64,000 nucleotides of DNA. It comes from an uncultured Phycisphaerales bacterium (GTDB taxonomy: Bacteria > Planctomycetota > Phycisphaerae > Tepidisphaerales > Tepidisphaeraceae). This document shows, piece after piece, positions 43,379 to 53,499 of the stretch. A program made the position numbers and the translations under genes. The stretch spans positions 1,088,001 to 1,152,000 of the forward strand of contig CAWJPJ010000007.1 of the NCBI GenBank assembly GCA_963844715.1, given 5' to 3'. The notes below the pieces were generated by a model, which was not told where the DNA came from, searched no databases, and worked only from the letters and a program-made list of their open reading frames with translations. Every line of letters begins with the position of its first letter. The stretch's first letter is position 1.

Positions 43379-44347
43379 ATGCTCAGCGCGAACGATCTTC
43401 AGTGGAGCGAGGCCGGCCGCGTTCCATTGATGCTCGGCGCGGTTCTCCTCGGCGCAGCATCCCTGTTCGGCGTGGCCGATGACGACCACCGATCCCCCGG
43501 CGTGCGCGCATTTTTCTGCTGGATTCCCATCGCCGCCGCCGCCATCTTCGCCGTCGCCCTTCATCGCGCCGACGCCGCCATCACCATCGTCTTCTGCACC
43601 AGCGTCGCGATCCTGTCCCTCATTCAGGGTTTCGTCCTCCTGATCGCCCCAGCCGACGCAACCCCCACTCCCTACCGCCGGCTCTGGCCTTTCGTCATAC
43701 CCGCCGCCTTGCTCGCCCTCCTCGCGGGCTTCGCCGCCAAATTGGAATGGCTTCAAGCCCTGATGTTCCTCTGCGAAGGCGCAGCACTCTTTCTCGCCTG
43801 GATGGAAATCGCCCCCGCCCGCGCAAAAATCTCCTCACATTCCTCGGCTGTCGGAAAAATCAACGGATTCCTCTGGATCGTTCTCGTCGGCATCGGCGCA
43901 ATCGGCGCCAGCCGCGGCGCCCTTCACGTCTCTGCTGCCCTTCCCTATCCCGCGTCCAACCTCGTCATCCTCGCCATCCTCGGCCCGCTCCTGGTCATGC
44001 CCCTGATCGTGCGCGCCTCCGCCCTCGCCCAGCGCCAGGAAGCCTGGGCCGCCACCAGCACCTGCGTCGGCGTCGTCCTCCTCAATCTCTGCCTCCTTTT
44101 TCCCTTGATCATTTTGCTCCGCTATCCCATCGAAGCCACAACCTTGTCCGCCCTCTCCCAGGTTCCCGCCCTCGTTTTCCCGCTCGTCACCTGGCGAGTC
44201 GATAACGTCGTCCTGCTCCTCCTCGCCTTCATCCTCTTGCCCGCCGCGCTCGATCGTTGGCGCCTCGGCCGCGCCGAAGGTCTGACCCTCCTAGGCCTCT
44301 ACCTCGCCTATTTGCTCATGGAAATCGTCGCCGTCCTTCAAGTTTAG
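43379..44347 (+). CDS. Polytopic membrane protein, distantly Na+/Ca2+ exchanger-like
   Basis: About 10 TM segments; C-terminal 'LGRAEGLTLLGLYLAYL'. Confidence 0.55.
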   Translation: MLSANDLQWSEAGRVPLMLGAVLLGAASLFGVADDDHRSPGVRAFFCWIPIAAAAIFAVALHRADAAITIVFCTSVAILSLIQGFVLLIAPADATPTPYRRLWPFVIPAALLALLAGFAAKLEWLQALMFLCEGAALFLAWMEIAPARAKISSHSSAVGKINGFLWIVLVGIGAIGASRGALHVSAALPYPASNLVILAILGPLLVMPLIVRASALAQRQEAWAATSTCVGVVLLNLCLLFPLIILLRYPIEATTLSALSQVPALVFPLVTWRVDNVVLLLLAFILLPAALDRWRLGRAEGLTLLGLYLAYLLMEIVAVLQV

Positions 44348-44350
44348 AGA

Positions 44351-44439
44351 TAGAAGCGGTTTCAAAATCTAATGATCCCGCTTGATGCGAGGCGAAAATC
44401 ACCTCGTCGCGGGGCCATTAGGTTTTGAAACCGCTTCTA
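44351..44439. repeat. MITE-like palindrome (89 bp)
   Basis: Perfect 17-bp arms TAGAAGCGGTTTCAAAA / TTTTGAAACCGCTTCTA that extend imperfectly inward. Confidence 0.8.
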
Positions 44440-44449
44440 GATTGCTAGG

Positions 44450-45345
44450 ATGCCTTCCATGGAACAACCCTGGTCCAAAATTCAAATCGAAAAGAAACCG
44501 CCGGAGACCGAAGTCTTCGACGTCATGGGCGGCTCGGCGCGATGGGAAGTCAAAGTTCACGATCACGGTCTGGTCGCCCTCTGCGACGTCATGCCCCGCT
44601 TCGCCCCCGTCGGCAAGACCGCCGATTTCGCCATCGTCCAGGCCGCCCGAGTCAGCTACGGCCAAGGCACCAAGCAGATCAACGAAGACCGCGGCTTAAT
44701 TCGCTATCTCGCCCGCCATCGCCACACCACCCCCTACGAAATGGTGGAATTCAAATTCCATCACGTCATGCCGATTTTCATCGCCCGCCAATGGATTCGC
44801 CACCGCACCGCCAACGTGAACGAGTATTCCGCAAGATACTCAGTCGTCCCCGATCGCTTCTATCGCCCATCCATCGAAAATGTCCGAAAGCAAAGCACCC
44901 TCAATCGCCAGGGCGGCGACGAGCCCATCGACGAAATCTCCGCCCGTGATTTCCTCGACTATCTCGATCGTGCCCAGGCCCACTACGCCGAATACGAAAA
45001 ATTGCTCGAAAAAGGCGTCTCCCGCGAACTGGCTCGCATCGGCCTTCCCCTCAACGTCTATACCGAGTGGTATTGGAAATGCGACCTGCACAATATTTTC
45101 CATTTCCTCTCCCTGCGGATGGACGCCCACGCCCAGCGGGAGATTCGCGACTACGCCACCGCGATGTTCGCCCTCATCCAGCCCATCGTCCCCATCGCGG
45201 CCGAGGCGTTCATCGATTATCAACTCGGCGGAGTGAATCTCACCCGCCTCGAGATCGACGCCCTGCATCAGGCGAACCGTTGCAATCTCAAAACAAGCGC
45301 GAGCAGGCCGAGTGGGAAGAGAAAAAGAAAAAGTTCGGACGATAA
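44450..45345 (+). CDS. thyX: FAD-dependent thymidylate synthase (frameshift near the 3' end)
   Basis: 'AARVSY', 'RHRHTTPYE', 'ARQWIRHR...NEYSARY', 'ELARIGLP', 'AQREIR'. Confidence 0.95.
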
Positions 45346-45361
45346 TGGTGGAGGGTTTGAT

Positions 45362-46171
45362 ATGCCGGTGAATGTTCCCGATCCCCAGGACGGCTGGCGG
45401 ATCTTTCGCATCATGGCCGAGTTCGTCGAAGGATTCGACGCCATGAGCCGCGTCGGCCAGGCCGTCACCATCTTCGGCATGCGCCGCACCAATCCCCGCG
45501 ACGCCTACTTCAAAGCCGCCGAAAAAACCGCCTCCCTACTCGCCCAGGCCGGTTACTCCGTCATCACCGGCGGCGGTCCCGGAATTATGGAGGCCGCCAA
45601 CAAAGGCGCCTACGACGCCGGCGGCCAAAGCGTCGGCCTCAACATCATGCTCCCCCAGGAACAGGAATCCAACCGCTATCAAACCCTCGGCCTCGACTTC
45701 CATTACTTCTACGCCCGCAAAGTCATGTTCGTGAAATACGCCGCCGCCTTCATCTGCTTCCCCGGCGGTTTCGGAACCCTCGACGAATTTTTCGAAACCA
45801 TGACCCTCATCCAGACCCTGAAAATTCCCGCCTTCCCCGTCATTCTCTATGGCACCGCGCATTGGACCGGCCTCGTCGAGTGGATGAAGCAGCAACTGAT
45901 TCCCAAATTCATTGACGCCGAGGACATCGACATCTTCCGCCTCGTCGACACCCCCGAGGACGCCGTCTCTCTGGTCATCGAAAGTCGCCAGCGCTATTGG
46001 TGGCAGCCCCAGGACGAAATGCTCCTCAACGCCTCCACCAACGGATCCCGCGGCAAGGGCCCCATGTCCAGCGCCGCCGCCACCCAAACCGGCGAAGGCA
46101 CCCGTTACGGCAAACGCCCCAAACGCTCCCAAAAACGCCATGCCGCCCCAGAGCGTAAGCCCCAGCAATAG
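45362..46171 (+). CDS. LOG-family (TIGR00730-type) Rossmann-fold protein
   Basis: 'WRIFRIMAEFVEGF', 'TGGGPGIMEAANKGA', 'PGGFGTLDE'. Confidence 0.92.
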   Translation: MPVNVPDPQDGWRIFRIMAEFVEGFDAMSRVGQAVTIFGMRRTNPRDAYFKAAEKTASLLAQAGYSVITGGGPGIMEAANKGAYDAGGQSVGLNIMLPQEQESNRYQTLGLDFHYFYARKVMFVKYAAAFICFPGGFGTLDEFFETMTLIQTLKIPAFPVILYGTAHWTGLVEWMKQQLIPKFIDAEDIDIFRLVDTPEDAVSLVIESRQRYWWQPQDEMLLNASTNGSRGKGPMSSAAATQTGEGTRYGKRPKRSQKRHAAPERKPQQ

Positions 46172-46311
46172 CGTTATTTATTAGACGTACCGCCCCAACC
46201 CGATCAAAAAGCGGATTCATTTTGACAAGCCTCGATCCAGGCGGTTAAATTACCCCTCGCTCGCCCAAGTTTGTGGCCCCTGGCCGGCGGAATTCCAACG
46301 AGGAAATCGTC

Positions 46312-46524
46312 ATGAAAAAGCCGTTCCTTTGTCTGCTGTCTCTAGCTATGTTCGGAATGAGCGGTTGCCTCGAACCCCCGGGATATTCCACCAAGCAGCG
46401 CTTCGCCCAGATCGGCAACGCCAGCACCTACAATCTCCAGATGATCGACGACGATATCGACCAGTGCCTCCTCTTGCGCCCCGCGTCCCATCTCACCGAC
46501 TGGAACGTCATCCACACTTATTAA
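46312..46524 (+). CDS. Small lipoprotein
   Basis: GAGG RBS and lipobox-like signal 'MKKPFLCLLSLAMFGMSGC'. Confidence 0.7.
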   Translation: MKKPFLCLLSLAMFGMSGCLEPPGYSTKQRFAQIGNASTYNLQMIDDDIDQCLLLRPASHLTDWNVIHTY

Positions 46525-46554
46525 TCGCACAAGCCAACTTAAAGAAAACGAACC

Positions 46555-46598
46555 GGCTCCGCCCGCGTCTAACCCGCGCGGCGGAGCCATTTCTTTTC
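46555..46598 (+). terminator. Probable intrinsic terminator
   Basis: GGCTCCGCC..GGCGGAGCC stem followed by ATTTCTTTT. Confidence 0.6.
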
Positions 46599-47022
46599 AG
46601 GAGTCGTCATAGAGTCGAAGACAGGCCTTATACGGATTCTACTTCAAACCCGCGCGCCCTCTTATCCCTTCTACCTGTACTCGGCGAGAGCGTCAGGGTG
46701 AGGGGCCAGCACGACGCTCTATTCCGCCGAACTAAGGCCGGAAGAAATGTCGATGTAGCTGTATTTCGACAGGATTGGCCGGACCTTACTATGCCAGCAC
46801 TCGACAATCTGTGCATAATGGTTGCGACCCGCCTCATCGAAAATCGGAGCGACGTCCGCGTTGAGTATCTTTGAGCCTCCGATGGTCTCCACCCCAACGC
46901 TAAGGGCTGCATACGCACCTTCTATAATTTTGACAAAATCATCCACGAGGGCTGGCCTATTTAGTTGAAGGTGCGTCTTTGCGGAGGTAAACGCAGACAT
47001 GAATCGCAACGCCGTCGGAGAT

Positions 47023-47273
47023 AAATGAAACAGGGACGCAGCTAGAAATGCAACGCTGACGCAGCCATCTCTGCCGATCCCACCTGATTTCCCGCTTCAG
47101 ATTCAGAAAACTGGCAACTGGCAACTAACAACTGGCAACTACTCCCAGAAATGAAACGGGGACGCAGCTAGAAATGCAACGCTGATGCAGCCAGCTTTGC
47201 CGATCCCAGCTGATTTCCCGCTTCAGATTCAGAAAACTGGCAACTGGCAACTAACAACTGGCAACTACTCCCA
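47023..47273. repeat. 126-bp tandem duplication containing ACTGGCA heptamer arrays
   Basis: 47023-47147 and 47149-47273 are near-identical; each holds ACTGGCA-ACTGGCA-ACTAACA-ACTGGCA. Confidence 0.92.
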
Positions 47274-47805
47274 ATTCACCATTCATCGCTCATCATTTCC
47301 CCCAACTCTTCTTTTTCCCGAATTTGAATTTCGTATTCCCTTCGTGCCTTCGTCGCTTCGTCCCTGTTCCCCACTTAGACTCTTCGTCTTGTATTAAAGA
47401 AATTCCATATTTCGAATTTGCGTCTGCCACGCGCAACCGCCCCCCATACCATCACTTGTGAGTCCCCAAAAAATTAAATCTTCTTGCTGAATACACATGC
47501 ATTTTCTTTTATTTGTTCCCCCATGCCCCTTTTTGGCCCCCCAATGCTCCCCCTGCTCCCCGTGGGCAACTGGCAACCCAAAACCAGCAACCGTCTGTTG
47601 AACATTAACTAAACACCCCAACCCTTTCCCCACACGATTCTTGCGAGAAAAACCGAGCATAATTTGAGCTTCCCAGAAGTCCCGCCCCCGCGCAGACCCC
47701 CACCCTTTTCCAAGAAATGAATTATTTCCCCCCTCTAGTTTCCAGCTTCCAGCCTCAAGCCTCTAGCCAAGCCCCACCCTTTTCCAGAAATCGTTTCCCT
47801 AGCCT

Positions 47806-47991
47806 CTAGCTGACCATCCGCAATTTCCCCGGCTTCTTCGTAAACGACGCAATCCGCTTCTCATGCGCTTGCGCATCCTGAAGGTGCTTCAGATATTGCT
47901 GCAAATCCCCGTCGTCAAATTGCGATAAGAACTGTTCCGTAGCGGTGTTATTGAGCGCCTGAATCTGTTCGATCAGTTGACGTTTGCTCAT
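47806..47991 (-). CDS. Small hypothetical protein
   Basis: 61-aa ORF 'MSKRQLIEQIQALNNTATEQFLSQF...YLKHL' with upstream GAGG. Confidence 0.6.
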   Translation of the reverse strand: MSKRQLIEQIQALNNTATEQFLSQFDDGDLQQYLKHLQDAQAHEKRIASFTKKPGKLRMVS

Positions 47992-48071
47992 GATGGATTT
48001 ACCCTCAAAAAAGGCTTCGGTCCTGCTCAGGGATCGGACAAGGCGAGGCTCAAACTTGAAATCCGGCCGGC

Positions 48072-48884
48072 ATGACCCAATCGAAACTGCCCGAAACCAC
48101 TCCTGAACCCGTTCGGCACCCCGACCCCGCCGCCGACACCGAGCCCCTCCTCCATCTCCATAAGATGTCCACCACCGCCGGCGTCGGCACCCAGGATTAC
48201 GTCGCCGTCAACGTGACGGCCGTCGTCGCCGTCGTCTTTGGATTGGCCAGTCCCCTCTGCGTTTTCGGATACCTGCTTCTCATTATTCCCATCGTGGGAG
48301 TCGTCTTAAGCCTCGTTGCCCTGCATCAAATTCGCCACAGCAACGGAACCCAGACCGGCCGCGGCATCGCCTGGACCGGTCTGATCCTCGCCGGCGGAAT
48401 CACCCTGGGCATCGGCGGCTATCGCGCCCTCACCGCTCTTCATCTCCGGTCCGACGAAAACGCCATCGCCTCCCTCTCCTCTCAATTCGGGCAGGACGTC
48501 GCCAGCGGGAACTACGATCAGGCTTATTCGCTCTTCGACGCCGCCTTTCAGGCCCGCATCCCCCTCGATCAATTCCGCAGCCGGCTCAAATCCCTTCAAG
48601 CCGGAGGCATGGTTCCCACCATCAAATCCATGTCCTGGAACGGCCTGGCTGATTTCAGCACCAACTCGGACGGCGCCGAAAAAGCCGTCACCATGATCAT
48701 CGTTCGCTATACCGACACCGACAGCGACGACGATGCCCCCCGAATGGAGGCAAATTTCCTTCGCGATCCCGACGGCTGGCGCATCGACAGCCTCGGCGAC
48801 ATCTTCCCGCCCCCGCCCGAGCCCAAGGCCCCCATCGACCAGTCGCGCTGGGGGGATCCCCGTCCCATCCCCGTTCAAGCCTAA
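48072..48884 (+). CDS. DUF4190-like membrane protein with extracytoplasmic domain
   Basis: 'LVALHQIRHSNGTQTGRGIAWTGL' following TM helices. Confidence 0.7.
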   Translation: MTQSKLPETTPEPVRHPDPAADTEPLLHLHKMSTTAGVGTQDYVAVNVTAVVAVVFGLASPLCVFGYLLLIIPIVGVVLSLVALHQIRHSNGTQTGRGIAWTGLILAGGITLGIGGYRALTALHLRSDENAIASLSSQFGQDVASGNYDQAYSLFDAAFQARIPLDQFRSRLKSLQAGGMVPTIKSMSWNGLADFSTNSDGAEKAVTMIIVRYTDTDSDDDAPRMEANFLRDPDGWRIDSLGDIFPPPPEPKAPIDQSRWGDPRPIPVQA

Positions 48885-49004
48885 AGCCTGAATCGTCCGA
48901 TAATTCTGAAACGGGAGACACTCCGCCGGTGCCTTACCCGTTGCCTGATTCCTGCCGATACCGCCGATGGGCGTGCGTTGCCATCTATGCGTTCGGTGAG
49001 GTTT

Positions 49005-50146
49005 ATGATGCTTGCAAAAAAGCCAAAAAATGCGTCGTTGGGATTCGTAGCCGCATTGTTTATGCTCGCAGGCGGGGGATGCTCCATGGAGAGTCCCGCG
49101 CCCACGCCGGCGGCCGCCCGTCGCCATAATCGAGCGGCCCGCAGTGCAACCGACCGCCCACAGCGACTCCCTCAACGTCTTCGGTGAATTCGACGGCGTC
49201 GAACGCACCCTCGCTCACGCCTACGGCGAGGCGGGATTCCAGCAACACACCTTTCTCGATGAGGGTTACGACTGCGACGTCAACGTCGACCCCACCGGAA
49301 AATGGATCGTCTTCGCCAGCACGCGCGACAGCGGCCATCCCAATCTCTATCTCCAGCGCGCCGATGGAAACTCCGTCATCCAGTTGACCAACGACGAGGC
49401 CGATTACGCCTATCCCACTTTCAGCCCCGACGGCAAGCAGATCGCCTTCTGCTCCACCCGCGGCGGGAACTGGGACATCTACGTCATGGACGTCGATGGA
49501 AAAAACACCGTCCAGATCACCACCGGTCCCATGCAGCACGTCCATCCCAGCTTCAGTCCCGACGGCGGACGGCTCGCCTATAGCTGCCTCGGCTCCAAGA
49601 GCGGGCAGTGGGAACTCTGGACCGTCGATCTCAGCACCGGCGAAAAGCGCATGATCGGTTTCGGTTTGTTCCCCAACTGGTCCCCCGAAAAAGATGTCGA
49701 TCGCATCGCCTTCCAGCGCGCACCGCCAGCGCGGAAGCCGCTGGTTCAGCCTCTGGACGCTCGACCTCGCTGACGGCGAAGCCCGCCAGGTCACCGAAGT
49801 TGCCGTCTCCAGTAATGCCGCCATCGTCGCCCCCAGTTGGAGCCCCGACGGCAAGAAGATCGCCTTCGCAACCATTGCCCAGCCAAACAATGATTCCGCC
49901 GGAAAAACCGGCGGCCAGCAGGACATCTGGACCATCGACGCCGACGGCTCCAATCGCCATCGCGTCACCGACGGAATCGGCATGAATCTCAGCCCCTGCT
50001 GGTCCGCCGACAATCAGATTTATTTCATCAGCGACCGGTGCGGCTCCGAGTGCGTCTGGTCCGTCAGGGATGACGGCGCCGCCGCCCCGCCCAGGGTCGC
50101 CGAAAAATCGCACGGCGAATCGGTCGGCGACGCGAGCGGAAACTAG
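49005..50146 (+). CDS. TolB-like PD40 beta-propeller lipoprotein (frameshifted twice)
   Basis: Repeats 'PTFSPDGKQIAF', 'PSFSPDG', 'PSWSPDGKKIAF'; signal ending 'AGGGC'. Confidence 0.85.
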
Positions 50147-50179
50147 TGAACCCCGGACCCCAGCTTCAAGGATGAGGCG

Positions 50180-50908
50180 ATGAAACCCACTGCACGGATG
50201 TTGCTCGGAATCGTGGCGATCTCAACGTTCTGGACCGCGGGTTGCAATACCCTCCCGCCGCCCAAGCCGTACGGCGCCGAAACGCAGTTATTTCTGCCCG
50301 GCCAGCATACGCTCGTCTGGGCGGTGGCTCCGACCATTAACCTCAGCGGCCAGAGCCACGTTGATCCGCTGTTGCAAAGCGACCTGGTTTTTTCGGAATT
50401 GCAGCAAGTGCACGGACTAACCGTCATACCCGTCGATCGAGTGGTGGAAGTCTACGCCAGCGTCCGCATCGACAAGGTCGAGAACGAGGCCCAGGCCGCC
50501 CGGATCTGCGATCTCCTCGGCTGCGACGGCCTGGTCGTTCCCACCATCACCATGTACGACCCCTACGACCCCCCGAAAATGGCCGCCAGCCTCCAGCTCT
50601 TCGCCAAGCCCGGAACCGTCCAGCAAACGCAGTTGCTCGATCCGCATGAACTGGATCGCAGCGCCACCGTCGATCCGATGAACATGCCCCAGCCCGAGCA
50701 CATCGTGCAGGCCGTCGGCATGTTCGACGCCAACGAGGGAACCGTCCGCCAGCGCACCACCGCCTACGCCGCCGGACGCACCGATCCAAACGGACCCATG
50801 GGTGACCGCGAAATCTATCTGGACATGAGCCGCTACGGCGGATTCGTCTACCACGAACTCATCCGCCAGTTATTGGTCCAGCTCGTTCCCGTGGCCAGCG
50901 CTCAATAA
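50180..50908 (+). CDS. Hypothetical lipoprotein
   Basis: Lipobox 'TAGC'; intact 242-aa ORF. Confidence 0.75.
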   Translation: MKPTARMLLGIVAISTFWTAGCNTLPPPKPYGAETQLFLPGQHTLVWAVAPTINLSGQSHVDPLLQSDLVFSELQQVHGLTVIPVDRVVEVYASVRIDKVENEAQAARICDLLGCDGLVVPTITMYDPYDPPKMAASLQLFAKPGTVQQTQLLDPHELDRSATVDPMNMPQPEHIVQAVGMFDANEGTVRQRTTAYAAGRTDPNGPMGDREIYLDMSRYGGFVYHELIRQLLVQLVPVASAQ

Positions 50909-50929
50909 AAACGTGAGGGAGAGCAACAC

Positions 50930-51148
50930 ATGGCAAACATAAAAACCCTGAGCCTCGTCAAAGGACGACATCAGTACTGCTTTCGCTATGAAGTGGGGCA
51001 GGAATCACAAGTACTTGAGGCGCTTGTAGATATGGTCCATCGCCGCGAATTGGCCTTCGATTGGTTCGACGCCGCCGTCCTTTCTCATCAGCTCGGCCAG
51101 CATTTGGCAAAAGAATTGAAGGCGTTCTTGCCGAAAAAAGCTGCATAA
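50930..51148 (+). CDS. Small hypothetical protein
   Basis: GAGG/GGGAG RBS; 'TLSLVKGRHQYCFRY...FDWFDAAVLS'. Confidence 0.7.
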   Translation: MANIKTLSLVKGRHQYCFRYEVGQESQVLEALVDMVHRRELAFDWFDAAVLSHQLGQHLAKELKAFLPKKAA

Positions 51149-51327
51149 GGATTATCGGGTCGTCGAGATAGGTCGCGCCAGGATGGCCGGAACCTCGAAT
51201 CGGATGACCCACCGTGAGACGGTTTGTCTCACTGTAGGACGGGGACCGTCCTACATGCGGGCTGCCCGCGGCGCCGGCCGGGCGGCATAAAAATGTTTCC
51301 GATCCCTCGCCACAGGCGACCGGTCCT

Positions 51328-52395
51328 ATGAATCCCACCATCGTATTGCCCGCTACGGCGGGTGCCGGCGACAAACTCGCGGAAAAGAACTTCTCTCCTC
51401 TGGTCCGCCAGTTCCTCGATTACCTCAAGCTCGAAAAACACTTCAGCGATTACACCGTCAAGAGTTACGGCGCCGATCTCATCCAGTTCGGCCAGTTCCT
51501 CTCCGGTGAAATCGGACGCGGCGCGGGAGACCAGAAACCCGTCCCCGTCGCGGGCGATTCGCTCGATCAGCGCCACATCAATTGCGATGCGCTCACGATC
51601 CGCGAATTCCTCAACTACCTCTACGGCCAGAACTACACCAAGAGCACCACGGCGCGAAAGCTCGCCACCCTGCGCAGCTTTTACAAGTTCCTCATCCGCC
51701 GCGAGATCCTCCAGGCCAATCCCCTGGCCACTATTCGCACGCCCAAGCAGGAAAAACGCCTGCCCAAGTGTCTCGACCTCGAACAGGTCCAGAAGCTCCT
51801 CGACGCCCCCGGCGACGGCGACCTTCTCAGCGCCCGCGACAAGGCTATGCTCGAAGTCCTCTATAGCAGTGGCATTCGAGTCAGCGAGCTCGTCGAACTG
51901 GAGATGAGCGACCTCGATCTCCAGGAAGGCGTCCTCCGCGTCCGCGGCAAGGGCCGCAAGGACCGCCTCACCCCCATCGGCTCACAGGCCATCAAGGCCC
52001 TCCAACGCTATTTCGAACTCCGCGCCGTCGATACCAAGAGCCAGGGCAACCACAATCACCGCGTCTTCCTAAACAAGCACGGCGAGCCCCTCAGCACCCG
52101 CTCCGTCCGCCGCAAACTCGACAAATATCTCATGGCCGCGGGCCTAGATCCCGGTATCAGCCCGCACACCCTGCGCCACAGCTTCGCAACGCACCTGCTC
52201 AACAACGGCGCCGACCTGCGCAGCGTCCAGGAGCTGTTAGGCCACCAGAGCCTCAGCACCACGCAAATCTACACGCACCTGACGACTCAGCGGATGAAGG
52301 AAGCCTACGACTCGGCCCACCCCAGGTCTGGCGTATCCATCCCACACCCAGCGGCCCAGGTGCGCCCAATCTATCAGCCGGCCAAAACCGCCTGA
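51328..52395 (+). CDS. xerC: Tyrosine recombinase XerC
   Basis: 'ARDKAMLEVLYSSGIRVSEL', 'GKGRKDR', 'SPHTLRHSFATHLL', 'VQELLGHQSLSTTQIYTH'. Confidence 0.9.
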   Translation: MNPTIVLPATAGAGDKLAEKNFSPLVRQFLDYLKLEKHFSDYTVKSYGADLIQFGQFLSGEIGRGAGDQKPVPVAGDSLDQRHINCDALTIREFLNYLYGQNYTKSTTARKLATLRSFYKFLIRREILQANPLATIRTPKQEKRLPKCLDLEQVQKLLDAPGDGDLLSARDKAMLEVLYSSGIRVSELVELEMSDLDLQEGVLRVRGKGRKDRLTPIGSQAIKALQRYFELRAVDTKSQGNHNHRVFLNKHGEPLSTRSVRRKLDKYLMAAGLDPGISPHTLRHSFATHLLNNGADLRSVQELLGHQSLSTTQIYTHLTTQRMKEAYDSAHPRSGVSIPHPAAQVRPIYQPAKTA

Positions 52396-52423
52396 TATTG
52401 CTCTATCAATAAACTCGATCTTC

Positions 52424-52452
52424 AAAACCCCGCACGAAAGTGCGGGGTTTTT
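52424..52452. terminator. Bidirectional intrinsic terminator
   Basis: AAAACCCCGCAC-GAAA-GTGCGGGGTTTTT between convergent genes. Confidence 0.85.
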
Positions 52453-52468
52453 CATTGTTGCATTTTTC

Positions 52469-52512
52469 CCCTCTCCCCATGTACCCATGGGGAGAGGGCC
52501 AGGGTGAGGGGC
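52469..52512. repeat. REP-like element family R2 (related copies at 46666-46705 and 58836-58872)
   Basis: CCCTCTCCCCATG-TACC-CATGGGGAGAGGG-CCAGGGTGAGGGG; the relatives share CCCTCTCCC..GTAC..AGGG(T)GAGGGG. Confidence 0.75.
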
Positions 52513-52548
52513 AATCTTTCGAACGCAAGTCGGTATTCCAATACCCAG

Positions 52549-53184
52549 TCACTCCCCGCTCGCCAGCCGCAACAACTTCTCCCGCATTTCCCTCTGCTGA
52601 GCCGTCCATTCCCGCCGCCAAGCCGGCATCTCCCAACTATCCACTTCATTCCAAAGCCCGCGCCGCCTGCTCCGCGCCTCCCTCTCCGCCTGCTCGACGG
52701 AAGTCAGCAGCGCTCCCGTCTCGCGTCGATCCGCCAGCGCCAGCCCATCCCGCACCACATCGGCATCGAGCAATGGCCCGTCCTCAACAAATACCCAGGC
52801 CAGTAATCGCCCCTGGTCATCCCGAGTCTGCGTCGGCTCCAGTTTCAGCACCACGCTTTTCCCCGCATATCCCCCCAGATGCACCGCCCCCAAAGCGTCA
52901 AACCGCGCCGTACAACTCGCCACGCCCAACAGATGAACAGCCACCGCCTGCGGTTGAATCAGGATTGCATCGACATCGCTCGCCGACGCACAAGTGAATT
53001 CCCGATGATCAAACTTCGCCCAATCATCCCCCAGCGAAAAAGCATTGTCCGCGATCGCCGAAACCAGGAGCGCCGCGACGAACACGCGGAAGCCCCAAAC
53101 GACTCGCCTTCGTTTTCGCAGCGCACCACGGATTTTCACATCTCTATCGGACGACGTAGCCACCTCGATTCTCGACGACGCCAT
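52549..53184 (-). CDS. Thermonuclease (SNase)-family protein
   Basis: 'RDDQGRLLAWVF', 'VRDGLA', 'AEREARSRRRGLW'. Confidence 0.8.
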   Translation of the reverse strand: MASSRIEVATSSDRDVKIRGALRKRRRVVWGFRVFVAALLVSAIADNAFSLGDDWAKFDHREFTCASASDVDAILIQPQAVAVHLLGVASCTARFDALGAVHLGGYAGKSVVLKLEPTQTRDDQGRLLAWVFVEDGPLLDADVVRDGLALADRRETGALLTSVEQAEREARSRRRGLWNEVDSWEMPAWRREWTAQQREMREKLLRLASGE

Positions 53185-53240
53185 TGTATCATTTGCTTCT
53201 TGCGAGCCGAGTCACCTCGCCAAAGGCGCCTCGCGGCTCC

Positions 53241-53376
53241 CCGCCTTTGGGGTCCTGGACGGCTTGAGAGGAAAAGGAAAGGGTGGGTGGGTGCGGGAGG
53301 GCGGGAAAAACTTTTGGGGCCGTATATGGTTTTCCCGCCCTCCCGCATTGCATTTGCATTTAAAGCGAGCGCCGAA
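53241..53376. repeat. Dispersed hairpin repeat family R1, copy B
   Basis: Stem TGCGGGAGGGCGGGAAAA / TTTTCCCGCCCTCCCGCA plus conserved flanks. Confidence 0.85.
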
Positions 53377-53499
53377 CAGGCCAGCGCATCCCAAAAAAGC
53401 AATGGGCGTTCAGCCGAGTACTGAATCAGACGGTACTCCGGGCCAATTCCTTTGGAATTCGTGCTGCATAACAGATCATGACGCGTAGAATGACAAGAC

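Noticed and set aside
44450..46171. Apparent 573-aa ThyX-LOG fusion in the ORF track
   Set aside because: A plausible ThyX C-terminus ('GEPLQSQNKREQAEWEEKKKKFGR*') lies in another frame ending at 45345, and LOG has its own GGAGG + ATG at 45362. An indel artefact is more likely.
47023..47273. CRISPR-like array
   Set aside because: It is a whole-unit tandem duplication with no unique spacers.
51328..52395. xerC as a prophage or island integrase
   Set aside because: Typical chromosomal XerC sequence and host-like composition, with no att repeats or cargo nearby.
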